DNA of 64,000 nt from assembly GCA_964512925.1 (NCBI GenBank), contig CAZEKH010000002.1, positions 122,505-186,504 of the forward strand. Reading direction: 5' to 3'. The notes under the pieces are model-generated. The model saw only the letters and a list, made by a program, of their open reading frames with translations. It was not told the origin of the DNA and searched no databases. Positions 1-9,574 of the stretch are shown here, in pieces. The stretch's first letter is position 1, and each line of letters begins with the position of its first letter. The DNA is from an uncultured Candidatus Saccharibacteria bacterium (lineage in GTDB: Bacteria > Patescibacteriota > Doudnabacteria > UBA920). A program made the translations under genes and the position numbers.

Positions 1-119
1 ACTAAAAATTCAAACGCTGCTTTTTCATACCCCCCTCTCTTACTTTTAACCACCTCGCTGTAAACGGATTCAAAAGTACTACCTTCAGCAAGATTTCTAA
101 ATGAAATTGGTTTTTGCAT
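1..119 (-). CDS. 5' part of a hypothetical protein (runs off window start)
   Basis: ATG at 119 just downstream of the pyk stop; frame MQKPISFRNLAEGSTFESVYSEVVKSKRGGYEKAAFEFL.. is open to the window edge. Confidence 0.4.
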   Translation of the reverse strand, partial: MQKPISFRNLAEGSTFESVYSEVVKSKRGGYEKAAFEFL

Positions 120-142
120 AATTTTCTGCAATATAAACAATT

Positions 143-1552
143 CTAAACCGTTCTGACTTCCAAAAGGTTCAGGTTTTCTTTTAGTCCCAAAGGCTCTCCG
201 GTGACTATAACCACTTTGTCGCCTTTTTTAGCGAATTTTTTTTCTTTGACAGTTTTTACCATACTGTCCATTAGCTCTTCCAAGTTCACCAGTTGCGGCA
301 TTAAAAATGCGTTAACACCCCAGATCATTGCCATCTGGCGCACGGTTTTTTGGATAGGCGAAAGCATTACCAAATTGGCATAGTAAGGCCGTTCGTGAGC
401 TACTTCTCTGGCGGTAAAGCCCGAGTCTGTGGCGCCGATGATAGCTTTGGCATCTATGTGTTTACCCAAATCAAACGCGCCTTCAGCCACTGCTTCGTTT
501 TTACTCACAATTTTGTTTTTTAAATGCTGATGTTTAGGCAAAAAGTCGGACTTTTCAGTTTGCTGGATAATCCGGTTCATCTCGGAAACCACTTTAACCG
601 GAAACTTGCCAAAAGCCGTTTCCCCGGAAAGCATTACGCAGTCTGTTTGGTCTATAACCGCATTGGCCACATCGGAAACCTCGGCCCGAGTGGGCCTTGG
701 GTTTCTTATCATACTGTCAAGCATTTGCGTTGCCACTATGACCGGCTTGGCCGCGGCTAAACATTTTTGAATTATTTCTTTTTGCACTATAGGCACTTCC
801 GCCTCCGGGATCTCCACGCCCAAATCCCCGCGCGCCACCATCACAGCGTCCGCTTCTTTTAAGATACTGTCAAAATTCTTCACTGCCTCGGGTTTTTCTA
901 TTTTGGCGATGATTCTTGGCGGAGTCAGATTTTTTGGATTGTATTGCTTGATGAGTTTTTTTAGATTCTGCACATCTTTTTTGTTCCGCACAAAAGACAG
1001 GGCGATATAGTCCACATCCTGCTTTAAACCAAATTTAAGATCGTCTATGTCTTTCTCGCCCAAAATCGGGATTTTAAGTTCAGTCCTCGGTAAATTTACA
1101 CCCTTATGCGACTGGATTTTACCCGGAGACAAAGCAATACAGTAAACCAACTTGCCAAAAACTTTTTGTACCTCTAGTTCTATAAGCCCGTCTTCTATAA
1201 GTATACGCTGCTTTGGTTTGATGGATTTTTTTACGTCCAAATCCAAATCAAAATCCTGCCCAATAATTACTTTTTGCCCGACTTTTACGTCGAGTGGCTG
1301 CTTCATCTCGTGCACCCGGATTTTGGGGCCGTGCAAATCCTGGATGATAGCGATATTTTCACCGGTCTTTTTCGCCACTGTGCGGATGTTTTTTATGAGT
1401 AAAGCGTGGTTTTCGTGGTCGCCGTGGCTGAAGTTAAGTCTGGCTACATTCATCCCATTTTTCACCATTTCCGTCAAAATCTTCACACTTTCCGAAGCCG
1501 GTCCAATGGTGCATATTATTTTGGTTTTCTTTCCAGTTGGCATATTTATCAT
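143..1552 (-). CDS. pyk: pyruvate kinase
   Basis: KTKIICTIGPAS, ARLNFSHG, IAKIEK, MVARGDLGVE, ATQMLDSM, PTRAEVSDVANA, MLSGETA motifs; start may be 1543. Confidence 0.97.
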   Translation of the reverse strand: MINMPTGKKTKIICTIGPASESVKILTEMVKNGMNVARLNFSHGDHENHALLIKNIRTVAKKTGENIAIIQDLHGPKIRVHEMKQPLDVKVGQKVIIGQDFDLDLDVKKSIKPKQRILIEDGLIELEVQKVFGKLVYCIALSPGKIQSHKGVNLPRTELKIPILGEKDIDDLKFGLKQDVDYIALSFVRNKKDVQNLKKLIKQYNPKNLTPPRIIAKIEKPEAVKNFDSILKEADAVMVARGDLGVEIPEAEVPIVQKEIIQKCLAAAKPVIVATQMLDSMIRNPRPTRAEVSDVANAVIDQTDCVMLSGETAFGKFPVKVVSEMNRIIQQTEKSDFLPKHQHLKNKIVSKNEAVAEGAFDLGKHIDAKAIIGATDSGFTAREVAHERPYYANLVMLSPIQKTVRQMAMIWGVNAFLMPQLVNLEELMDSMVKTVKEKKFAKKGDKVVIVTGEPLGLKENLNLLEVRTV

Positions 1553-1607
1553 TCAAAAGGCTATTTTATATAGTTAAATATTAGCATTTTTTTAAAATTT
1601 TGACCAT

Positions 1608-1640
1608 AAAAAAAGGGCGACTTGCTTTCACAAGCCGCCC
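1608..1640 (-). terminator. intrinsic terminator after the 1663-2292 gene
   Basis: GGGCGGCTTG/CAAGTCGCCC stem followed by a T7 tract on the minus strand. Confidence 0.7.
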
Positions 1641-1662
1641 CGCCGCCTGACGACGGCTCAGG

Positions 1663-2292
1663 CTATCTTTCCGTCACCAGGATCGATTCCTTCAAGCCCC
1701 ACTGATACCCCTTGATAGGCACAACCCTGAACAAAGTGTTCCCATTGTCAGAGAAATATAGGTAGGCGATATTCCACGCCCCTTCTATTAGAACCAGGGT
1801 GCACAACCACTCCCTTCCTCTGCTGCTGCTGAAACGCGAAGGCCACGCGTTCAGATAGCGGAGCAAAAAAATCGGGTGTACAGGCTTTCGTTCGCCCAAC
1901 TGGGCGAATATAGGCTGTGGCGTCTCATACCTCACCACGTCGGTATGGCAAATTGGAGCTTCTGCCACTTTCACGGGCAGAAGTGACCCACCAAAGGCGG
2001 GAATTTTCTCCACCAACGATATATCTTCTTGTGAGACATGAACCCATGGAATTTCAAGCAACTCCGACCAGGCTGTCACCGATCTTTTACCGCTCAAAAT
2101 GAGGGAATTAATCCCTACAGAACTCCCGACGTCAGCAACCAATCTTGTTCGCATGGCTGCGAGTGTTTTTTGAACGGTTTCGGGATTCTTCAAAAACTCT
2201 GCGAAATCCTCTTCCGTGAGACCGGAAGTGGTGAAAACCTTGCGTAATCGCGCCAAGAGTTCATTCACCTGTGTAGTAGTGACTCTACCCAT
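1663..2292 (-). CDS. hypothetical protein (orphan)
   Basis: 209-aa ORF with SD GGAGG, own promoter and terminator; no recognisable motif. Confidence 0.65.
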   Translation of the reverse strand: MGRVTTTQVNELLARLRKVFTTSGLTEEDFAEFLKNPETVQKTLAAMRTRLVADVGSSVGINSLILSGKRSVTAWSELLEIPWVHVSQEDISLVEKIPAFGGSLLPVKVAEAPICHTDVVRYETPQPIFAQLGERKPVHPIFLLRYLNAWPSRFSSSRGREWLCTLVLIEGAWNIAYLYFSDNGNTLFRVVPIKGYQWGLKESILVTER

Positions 2293-2405
2293 TGTATCCT
2301 CCCTTAGGATAAGCTTGTTTTAGGCAAGCTACTTGGCTGTCTTCAGCCGAGCGGTAAAACAAAAAAACTTTTACGTCTTACCGCTTGGCTTAAAATTTAA
2401 ACTTT

Positions 2406-2457
2406 AATATACCATCCTAAACACAAAATGTCAATGATTTTAGTGGCGTGGTATAAT
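2406..2457. promoter_or_regulatory. divergent sigma70 promoters (orphan gene / eno)
   Basis: minus strand: TTGACA(2434-2429)-17bp-TATATT(2411-2406); plus strand: TGgTATAAT (2449-2457), 6 nt before the eno ATG at 2464. Confidence 0.65.
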
Positions 2458-2463
2458 ATAATT

Positions 2464-3720
2464 ATGAATATCAAATCCATTTTCGCCAGAGAAATACTAG
2501 CCTCAGGAGGAGAGCCGTCTTTGGAAGTGACTGTAACTCTGGACGACGGGTCAATAGGCGAAGCTTCGGTTTCTTACGGCGCTTCTGCTGGAAGCAAGGA
2601 AGCTTTTGTTTTGCTGGATCAGGATTCCGCACGCTTTCACGGCAACGGTATGCTTAAAGCAGTTGCCAATGTCAATGAAAAAATCGCCCCCCTACTTTTA
2701 GGCAAAGATTCATTGGATCAGCGTGCTGTTGATAAAATCATGATAGAAGCCGACGGCACGGAAAACAAATCCAACTTCGGCGCCAACGCCATCCTCGGCG
2801 TTTCCATGGCTGTGTGCCGCGCCGCAGCTAACTCCCAAAAACTTCCCTTGTACCGGTATCTACAACAAATCTTCAATCTTCAATCTTCAATCTTAAATTT
2901 GCCCCTCCCTATGGTCGTAATGATCGAAGGCGGCAAACACGCCTTTAACTCCACAGACCTTCAGGAATATTTGGTTACCAGCCTGCGCTCTGATCTACCA
3001 GCAAAAGAGAACATCCGAATGCAGATGGAAACATACCAAACTCTAAAAGGCCTCATAAAGTCTTTGGGTTTTTCTACCAATGTAGGAAACGAAGGAGCTT
3101 TTGCGCCCGAACACATCTCCAGCAACGAAAAGCCTTTGCATTTTTTAACCGAAGCCATCAAGCAGGCAGGTTTTGAGCCGGGCAAAGACCTGGGGCTGTC
3201 TTTGGATGCCGCGGCTTCCGAGTTTTACTTAAACGACAGATATGAGCTGAAAAAAGACGATCAAATTTTAAACAGCGGCCAGATGATAGAAAAAGTTACC
3301 TCCTGGTTTAAACAGTACCCCATAGTTTCCGCTGAAGACTGCTTGTCCGAATTTGACTGGGGCGCCTGGCCTGCCCTCTTACAGCAAGCTGGTAATGTAC
3401 TAATAGTCGGAGACGACCTGACTGTTACCAACTCAAAGCTCCTGCAAAAAGCAATAGACACACGCTCTATCAACGCAATTTTGATTAAATTAAATCAAGC
3501 CGGAACAGTGACTGAAACAGTAGACACCTGCATACTCGCAAATAAACACAACTTAACCACCGTCCCCTCCCACCGCGGCGGCGGAGAAACCAACGACACT
3601 TTTTTGGTGGACTTAGCAGTAGCTGTAGGAAGCCGGTGGATCAAAGTCGGACCTACAAGAGGCGAAAGAGTCTGCAAATACAACAGACTTATGAGGATAG
3701 AAGAAGAATTAAAAAATTGA
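2464..3720 (+). CDS. eno: enolase (divergent)
   Basis: GASAG, FGANAILGVSMA, GGKHA, GNEGAFAP, DAAASEF, VGDDL, IKLNQAG, SHR, ERVCKYNRLMRIEE; ATG at 2464 preferred over 2428. Confidence 0.93.
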   Translation: MNIKSIFAREILASGGEPSLEVTVTLDDGSIGEASVSYGASAGSKEAFVLLDQDSARFHGNGMLKAVANVNEKIAPLLLGKDSLDQRAVDKIMIEADGTENKSNFGANAILGVSMAVCRAAANSQKLPLYRYLQQIFNLQSSILNLPLPMVVMIEGGKHAFNSTDLQEYLVTSLRSDLPAKENIRMQMETYQTLKGLIKSLGFSTNVGNEGAFAPEHISSNEKPLHFLTEAIKQAGFEPGKDLGLSLDAAASEFYLNDRYELKKDDQILNSGQMIEKVTSWFKQYPIVSAEDCLSEFDWGAWPALLQQAGNVLIVGDDLTVTNSKLLQKAIDTRSINAILIKLNQAGTVTETVDTCILANKHNLTTVPSHRGGGETNDTFLVDLAVAVGSRWIKVGPTRGERVCKYNRLMRIEEELKN

Positions 3721-3754
3721 GCAAAATTTCAAAATTGCCTTCAATCAGTTATTT

Positions 3755-3789
3755 CCCTCCCCTTCTGAGGGGAGGGATAAAGGGAGAGG
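3755..3789 (+). repeat. CCCTCCCC..GGGGAGGG..GGGAGAGG palindromic (REP-like) element
   Basis: CCCTCCCCT-tctg-AGGGGAGGG..GGGAGAGG; same architecture at 7387, 40077 and 41107. Confidence 0.75.
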
Positions 3790-3891
3790 TTGTAGCCACA
3801 TTCGCAATCATTTGTAAATTCGTTTAATTCGCAAATTTTATAAATTATTTCAAACTTAGTAATATTTGTGGATTAGTAATTTGTGCATAAT

Positions 3892-4899
3892 ATGAAAATT
3901 ATTTTTTACGAATCAACGCCTGAAGACGAAAACTCGTTTCGCGATATTTTTAAAAGCATCGAAGGCTTGGAAATGGTCTTTTGTTCGGACGTTTTGTCGG
4001 ATAAAAACATCTCTTTGGCCAAAGACTGTAGCGCGGTTTCAGTCTTCATCGGCTCCAAAGTTACAGCAGAGCTGATTAGCCAACTACCTAACACAAAAAT
4101 CATAACCACCCGCTCAACAGGCTATGACCACATAGATAAAGACGCTGCCAAACAAAAAAATATCGTGGTTTGCAATGTTCCAGCCTACGGCTCAAGGACA
4201 GTGGCGGAATTTACTTTTGCTCTCATACTCGGACTTTCCCGCAAAGCTTTTCTAGCCTACCGACAGCTAAAAGACCAGCATAATTTTGACATTTCCCATT
4301 TTGAAGGCTTTAACCTCCAGGGTAAAACCCTGGGTGTGGTTGGCACGGGCAGGATTGGTCAAAATGTGATCAAAATAGCCAAAGGCTTTGAGATGAATGT
4401 CCTGGGCTTTGACCTGTTTCCAAAAAACGAGCTTGAAACTTCTTTAGGTTTTAAATATTCATCTCTAAACGAACTGCTCGCAGGCTCAGACATCATCACC
4501 CTGCACGTTCCATATACCAAAGATACGCACCATCTGATCAACTCCACCAACATCAAATCCGTCAAACCCGGCGCTTTACTCATCAACACGGCCCGCGGCG
4601 AAGTAGTCGAAACGGACGCTTTACTTTATGCGCTCAAACATAAAATCCTGTCCGGGGCGGGGCTGGATGTTTTGGAAGGCGAACGAGAACTCAAGGACGA
4701 AATGGCTTCCATCCTTCAGGAAAATGTTGCCAATGTAAAAATCTTGCTTGAAGACCATATGCTGATGGACGATTCCAATGTGGCCCTCACCCCGCATATC
4801 GCTTTTTTTACCAAGGAAGCCAAAAAAGAAATCTGCCAAACCACGGCAGACAACATTGCAAATTTTTTCAAAAACCAACCGCAAAATTTAGTCGCTTAA
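3892..4899 (+). CDS. D-2-hydroxyacid dehydrogenase (D-lactate/glycerate dehydrogenase-like)
   Basis: RSTGYDHID, NVPAYG..VAE, GVVGTGRIG, LINTARG, LDVLEGE, TPHIAF. Confidence 0.9.
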   Translation: MKIIFYESTPEDENSFRDIFKSIEGLEMVFCSDVLSDKNISLAKDCSAVSVFIGSKVTAELISQLPNTKIITTRSTGYDHIDKDAAKQKNIVVCNVPAYGSRTVAEFTFALILGLSRKAFLAYRQLKDQHNFDISHFEGFNLQGKTLGVVGTGRIGQNVIKIAKGFEMNVLGFDLFPKNELETSLGFKYSSLNELLAGSDIITLHVPYTKDTHHLINSTNIKSVKPGALLINTARGEVVETDALLYALKHKILSGAGLDVLEGERELKDEMASILQENVANVKILLEDHMLMDDSNVALTPHIAFFTKEAKKEICQTTADNIANFFKNQPQNLVA

Positions 4900-4902
4900 A
4901 AA

Positions 4903-4938
4903 AGAAGGGCACCCTCTATACAAAGAGGGTGCCCTTCT
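4903..4938. terminator. perfect 15-bp intergenic hairpin (terminator or RNA-stability element)
   Basis: AGAAGGGCACCCTCT-6nt-AGAGGGTGCCCTTCT. Confidence 0.55.
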
Positions 4939-4948
4939 GGCAAAAAAG

Positions 4949-6220
4949 ATGCAAACACACAAAATCAAAAATTTTAACCGCTTATCAATAACACCGGAAA
5001 GAAAAACCCTTTTAAAGCTGGCTGAGACCGCGCTTTTGGCCATTGATACCGAATCAGCGGTTAAAAAAAATGTCAGCCTGAAAAATGGTATTTTAAAAAT
5101 CGGCAAAAAACAATTTACCCTCTCGCACATTGACCGGGTATTTGTCATAGGATTTGGCAAGTCATCAAGCTCAGCGGCTTTGGCATTGGAACAAATTTTG
5201 CAAAACTATATCACTGACGGCGTTGTGGTGTCCTTGGAAAAAGCCCCTTGCAAAATCATCAGGTGCTACGAAGGCACCCACCCTTTGCCGTCTATGCAAA
5301 ATGTGGTTGCTGCCGAGGAAATGGCAAAAATGACTTCCGATCTAACAAAAAAAGACCTGGTCATTAACCTAATCTCCGGCGGAGGCAGCGCTCTTTTGTG
5401 CTGGGACAAAGAGGAACTTTTAGCCTGCACCAAAGCATACAATGACTTTTTAACTGTCGGGCAAAACATCAACGAGCTAAACTTGGTCAGAAAGCATCTA
5501 TCCAAAGCCAAAGGCGGAGGTTTGGCGCAGATGCTCTATCCTGCCAATGTCATCAGCCTAATTTTTTCCGATGTGCCGGGAAATCATTTTCCGTCCGTTG
5601 CTTCCGGCCCCACCTATCCCCCTACCACAAATATGTACGAGGCTAAAACCATACTGGAAAAATACGGCTTTTCGGGATATAAACTCCTGCCGCACCCGGA
5701 TGATAAAAACTATTTTAAAAATGTCTATAACTATCCCGTAGTTTCCAATCTCACGGCTCTGGATAAGATGAAAGAAAAGGCCGAGGAATTGGGTTTTTCA
5801 GTGAAAATTTTAACTGACGAATTTTATGGTCAAGCAGAAGAGCTTTTAGAGCTGATAAGAAAAAACGCCAAAAAAAATACCGTGCTTTTAGCCGGCACTG
5901 AAATAAAAGTGGTGGTCACAAAAAAAGACGGCAACGGCGGCAGGTGCCAATACTTAGGAATGGCGGCTTTATGTGATTTTCTACAAGACGGAGAAACACT
6001 GCTGTCTCTGGCAACCGACGGACTGGATAATTCCGACTGCGCCGGAGTTATCGTTGACCACGGTTCCTATAAACGCGCCGAAAACCTAAAACTTAGTCCT
6101 AAAGACTATTTAGAAAATTTTAAAGGCTATGACTTTTTTGAAGCGTTGGGCTCAGAACAAATCTTCACCGGGCCTACCGGCGCCAATGTGTCAGACCTTT
6201 TGATATTTTTTAAAAGTTAA
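4949..6220 (+). CDS. glycerate 2-kinase (DUF4147/MOFRL family)
   Basis: IGFGKS, THPLP, LISGGGSAL, LNLVRKHLSKAKGGGLA, SDVPG..ASGPT, GGRCQ, ATDGLD, TGPTGANVSDL. Confidence 0.9.
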   Translation: MQTHKIKNFNRLSITPERKTLLKLAETALLAIDTESAVKKNVSLKNGILKIGKKQFTLSHIDRVFVIGFGKSSSSAALALEQILQNYITDGVVVSLEKAPCKIIRCYEGTHPLPSMQNVVAAEEMAKMTSDLTKKDLVINLISGGGSALLCWDKEELLACTKAYNDFLTVGQNINELNLVRKHLSKAKGGGLAQMLYPANVISLIFSDVPGNHFPSVASGPTYPPTTNMYEAKTILEKYGFSGYKLLPHPDDKNYFKNVYNYPVVSNLTALDKMKEKAEELGFSVKILTDEFYGQAEELLELIRKNAKKNTVLLAGTEIKVVVTKKDGNGGRCQYLGMAALCDFLQDGETLLSLATDGLDNSDCAGVIVDHGSYKRAENLKLSPKDYLENFKGYDFFEALGSEQIFTGPTGANVSDLLIFFKS

Positions 6221-6226
6221 CCCACT

Positions 6227-6291
6227 TGTCATTGCGGAAAGCCTCAACGACCTGTCCGCCATAGCTTTAAGCGAAGGGAGGAAGCAATCTC
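6227..6291 (+). repeat. TGTCATTGCG..GAAGCAATCT palindromic repeat half with nested CC.TCCG..TAGCTTT..GCGAAGG element
   Basis: lies between convergent genes; the nested motif recurs at about 41444-41503. Confidence 0.5.
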
Positions 6292-6299
6292 AATAAATG

Positions 6300-7655
6300 C
6301 TAAAACAGCGAAACTTGCAAAGGTTTTTTTAAAAATTTCTCCCGTTCTTTTTCTGAAAATATTTCAATTTTTCCAAACTGTCCATCATACCCGCCTTCCA
6401 CCTTCACCTTTCCGCTTCTTACTCGCAAAATTGCTTCAGCCACTGCCTCGTTTGAAATCTGAATAATTTGTTCCTTATTTAAATCCAACAAAATCTGAAA
6501 TTCACTAACTCGCTCACTCTCTAACTCTCTACTTCTCTCTCCCAGCATTTGTTCATAGAACGATGTAACTTTTTTGCTTTGCACTCCCACTCCATATACT
6601 TCAGCTATTATCTCTTCCAAAGGGATCACGTTTTTAAAAGGCACCGCACGCTTTGGCACAAAACCATATTGACGTGTAGCCAGTTCTTCAACTCTGCTCA
6701 AAACTCCGACAAGGAGTTTTTTTCCGCAAACCGGGCACAAGCCGCCCAGTTTTTTTGTTTTAGGCGGCAAACAAGAAAATTTACAATCCCGATGCCCATC
6801 CAAATGGTATTTTCCTTCTTCCGGAAAAAATTCCAAAGTATATAAAAATTCTTTCGGATTTTTATTTTTTATAATGCGGACGATTTCTGCATAAGACAGT
6901 TTTTTCTCATCTATTTCAAACACATTGGCTTCACGGCCAATCTTTCGAAGCGAATGGGCATCGCTGTTGGAAACCAAAGAGTATTTATCCAGTTCCGCTA
7001 TCTGCCAATTCATTTTCGGGTCACTGGAAAGTCCGGTTTCTATGGCAAAAATATGTTTAGCCTCCGTGCCAAAAGCTTCCTCAATGGTATTAAATCCAGA
7101 CAGCGAACCAAACACGCCAAAATGCGGAGTCCAGGCGTGGGCTGGTATTACTTCCGCATTTTCATCCGCTTCTTTAACTATTTTTACCAGGTCATCACAA
7201 TGCACACCCATTATAGGCCGGCCGTCGCTTTTCAAATTTGCCCCAACTTTTTCCAGGCCTTTGATAATTTTATCCGCCGCTTCAAATGACGGAACCAAAA
7301 TCATATTGTGCACCCTTCTAACCTTGTCTCCCTGTTTGTAGATCGAGGACACCTCCCCTGTGATCATAAAAAGCGCCTGTATTTTACCCTCCCCTGACGA
7401 GGGGAGGGTGCCCCGATGGACATCGGGGCGGGAGAGGTTGGGGGGGAGTTTTGTTTTCAATCTATATAACCCTTCCCTCTCTTCCTCCAAATGTTCTTTC
7501 AATTCCAAAAGCCATTTCGGATGTGTAAAATCGCCAGTACCAATGACTGAAATCCCCTTCTTCTCAGCCCATAAAGCAATGTTAGGTGGAGTTAAATCAT
7601 GACTGCAAGCCCGAGAGTATTTACTATGAATTTGTAAATCCGCGATGATTCTCAT
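6300..7655 (-). CDS. endonuclease Q family PHP-domain protein
   Basis: ADLQIHSKYSRA, GTGDFTHP, PAHAWTP, ETGLSSD, SNSDAHS, GKYHLDGHRDC..CPVCGK, GGYDGQFG; carries two in-frame repeat inserts. Confidence 0.85.
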   Translation of the reverse strand: MRIIADLQIHSKYSRACSHDLTPPNIALWAEKKGISVIGTGDFTHPKWLLELKEHLEEEREGLYRLKTKLPPNLSRPDVHRGTLPSSGEGKIQALFMITGEVSSIYKQGDKVRRVHNMILVPSFEAADKIIKGLEKVGANLKSDGRPIMGVHCDDLVKIVKEADENAEVIPAHAWTPHFGVFGSLSGFNTIEEAFGTEAKHIFAIETGLSSDPKMNWQIAELDKYSLVSNSDAHSLRKIGREANVFEIDEKKLSYAEIVRIIKNKNPKEFLYTLEFFPEEGKYHLDGHRDCKFSCLPPKTKKLGGLCPVCGKKLLVGVLSRVEELATRQYGFVPKRAVPFKNVIPLEEIIAEVYGVGVQSKKVTSFYEQMLGERSRELESERVSEFQILLDLNKEQIIQISNEAVAEAILRVRSGKVKVEGGYDGQFGKIEIFSEKEREKFLKKPLQVSLF

Positions 7656-7766
7656 AATTTTCTACTAAATACGAAAGGAACGAAATACTAAATTATTCCT
7701 TTTCGTACTTTAGTTTTTTAGTATTTAGTAGTTCTATTATATCATTTAATGTGATAAAATAGAGGT

Positions 7767-8543
7767 ATGAACAACTCACAATATTTAAAAGTCGCCATCT
7801 CATCGGTTAAGCAAAACAGCGCTTTGTTTAAAAAATATTTTGGCAACATCAAATCTGAAAACAAAAATCATAACATTCGCGACTTTGTCACCAAAGTGGA
7901 CAAACAGATAGAAGCGAGGATTAAGTCGGTGCTTAAAAAAAACTTCCCCAGTCACAAAATTGTGGGCGAAGAATTGGGGATCGATGCGGTTTTGGAAAAT
8001 GATTTTGTTTGGATCATTGACCCAATTGACGGAACCTCTAACTACATCCACGGCTTGCCTTTTTGTTGCATCTCCCTGGCTTTATGGAAATATAACCAAC
8101 CGATCCTGGGAGTGGTATATAACCCCATTTTAGGGCAGCTATATTTTGCCGAGCAAAAACGCGGCGCTTTTTTAAACAACAAAAAAATAAAAACATCAAA
8201 TACATCGGTACTGGAAAAATCTTTCGCCGGTTTTGGCTGGGGCAGAAACAGAACAAAAGCATTAAAATATTTTCCTCAGGCAATCCATAAACTAAACAAA
8301 GTCCGGGTTCTTGGCTCAACCGCTTTGGAAATTTGCCTTGTGGCTTCTGGCGTGTATGATTTAAGGCTCGATTTTGAAGCTAAACTTTGGGACTTTGCGG
8401 CTAGCGCAGTCATCCTAAAAGAAGCCGGTGGAAAAATCACCGACATTTACGGAAAAAATATCAACCTAAATTCAATCTCCATCCTCAGTACTAACGGTAA
8501 AATCCACAACCAAATTTTAAAACAATTTAAAAAACCCTCATAA
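7767..8543 (+). CDS. inositol monophosphatase family protein (SuhB-like)
   Basis: VTKVD..E, GEE, WIIDPIDGTSNY, RVLGS, WDFAAS. Confidence 0.9.
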   Translation: MNNSQYLKVAISSVKQNSALFKKYFGNIKSENKNHNIRDFVTKVDKQIEARIKSVLKKNFPSHKIVGEELGIDAVLENDFVWIIDPIDGTSNYIHGLPFCCISLALWKYNQPILGVVYNPILGQLYFAEQKRGAFLNNKKIKTSNTSVLEKSFAGFGWGRNRTKALKYFPQAIHKLNKVRVLGSTALEICLVASGVYDLRLDFEAKLWDFAASAVILKEAGGKITDIYGKNINLNSISILSTNGKIHNQILKQFKKPS

Positions 8544-8556
8544 GGGTTTTTTAAAT

Positions 8557-9291
8557 TTAGACCATTTTTTCCGCTACCAGCAGATCCTCCGGGCTGTTAA
8601 CCCCCAAAACTTCTTTTGGCTCAATAGGCAAACTTTCTACTTTCAAATTCTGTTTGATCGCCAGCTCCAAAAGGTCGGTTAAATAGTATTCTCCTTGGGC
8701 GTTTTTATTTTGAAGTTTGTCAATATTCTCCCATAGCCATTTGGTTTGAAACATATAAATGCCCGGGTTAACCTCGCGGATTTGCTTTTCAGTTTCGGAA
8801 CAATCTTTGTATTCCGTAATTTTTTTTATCTTCCCCTCCCCATCCCGGACGATCCTGCCATAATTCTTCAAGGAAGAAAAATGCTGGTCAAAATTTTCAG
8901 GCTTTGCCGTAAACATTGTGATGATATTTTTTTCTTGGATATGTTTCTTGATCAGCTTTTTAAGGCTAGGAGCGGAGATGAACGGCATATCGCCATATAA
9001 AACCAAAACATTCTCGGCTTTCACTTTGTATTTTGCCGCCTTAACCGCGCTGCCTGTCCCTAGCTGTTTTTCCTGCACAGCATAAGTATATTTTTCGCCT
9101 AAAAACTGCCTGACCAGCTCTTTTTTATAACCCACCACCAAAACCGGCTGAGCTGTTAGCTCAATCTTTTGAACTTCTTCCAATAAATACAAAATCAAAG
9201 GCTTGTCTTTTACCGAAATTAAAACCTTAGGAAGTTGCCCTCCCATTCTTTTACCCTGCCCCGCCGCAAGAATAACAATTTGATTGGTCAT
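8557..9291 (-). CDS. GlmU N-terminal (GlcNAc-1-P uridylyltransferase) domain only
   Basis: ILAAGQGKRM..PKVL, QEKQLGTG, LYGDMP, YGRIVRD, EYKD, EVNPGIY, NAQGEYYLTDL, LGVNS; ends at 244 aa with no hexapeptide-repeat acetyltransferase domain. Confidence 0.88.
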   Translation of the reverse strand: MTNQIVILAAGQGKRMGGQLPKVLISVKDKPLILYLLEEVQKIELTAQPVLVVGYKKELVRQFLGEKYTYAVQEKQLGTGSAVKAAKYKVKAENVLVLYGDMPFISAPSLKKLIKKHIQEKNIITMFTAKPENFDQHFSSLKNYGRIVRDGEGKIKKITEYKDCSETEKQIREVNPGIYMFQTKWLWENIDKLQNKNAQGEYYLTDLLELAIKQNLKVESLPIEPKEVLGVNSPEDLLVAEKMV

Positions 9292-9302
9292 AGTAGTTTT
9301 CG

Positions 9303-9568
9303 CAAATATACAAATAGATTCAAATATACAAATTTTAATCCTTATTGTTTTGATTTAATATTCTTCTAAATTTAAATATAATTCTCTAATAAACTTAAGT
9401 TTTAAAGCTTTTAACTCTTCCGCAAAAGCAGCTTGAATATATTTTTCGGCATGCCAAACCCGACATTATTAAAAACTTTAAAAGCAGCTCCCACAATCTT
9501 ATGGCTTAATTCTTTGTAGATATACTTGTCAGTCATGATTTGTATATTTGTTCAAATTTGTATATTTG
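9303..9568. repeat. inverted repeats flanking the GxxExxY remnant
   Basis: CAAATATACAAAT-N5-CAAATATACAAAT at 9303-9333 and its reverse complement at 9538-9568. Confidence 0.85.
9335..9536 (-). pseudogene. GxxExxY-family protein remnant (frameshift plus internal deletion)
   Basis: MTDKYIYKELSHKIVGAAFKVFNNVGFGMP/EKYIQAAFAEEL..RE..FRRILN; N-terminal motif joined to the C-terminal tail; flanked by 31-nt inverted repeats. Confidence 0.75.
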
Positions 9569-9574
9569 GGATTA

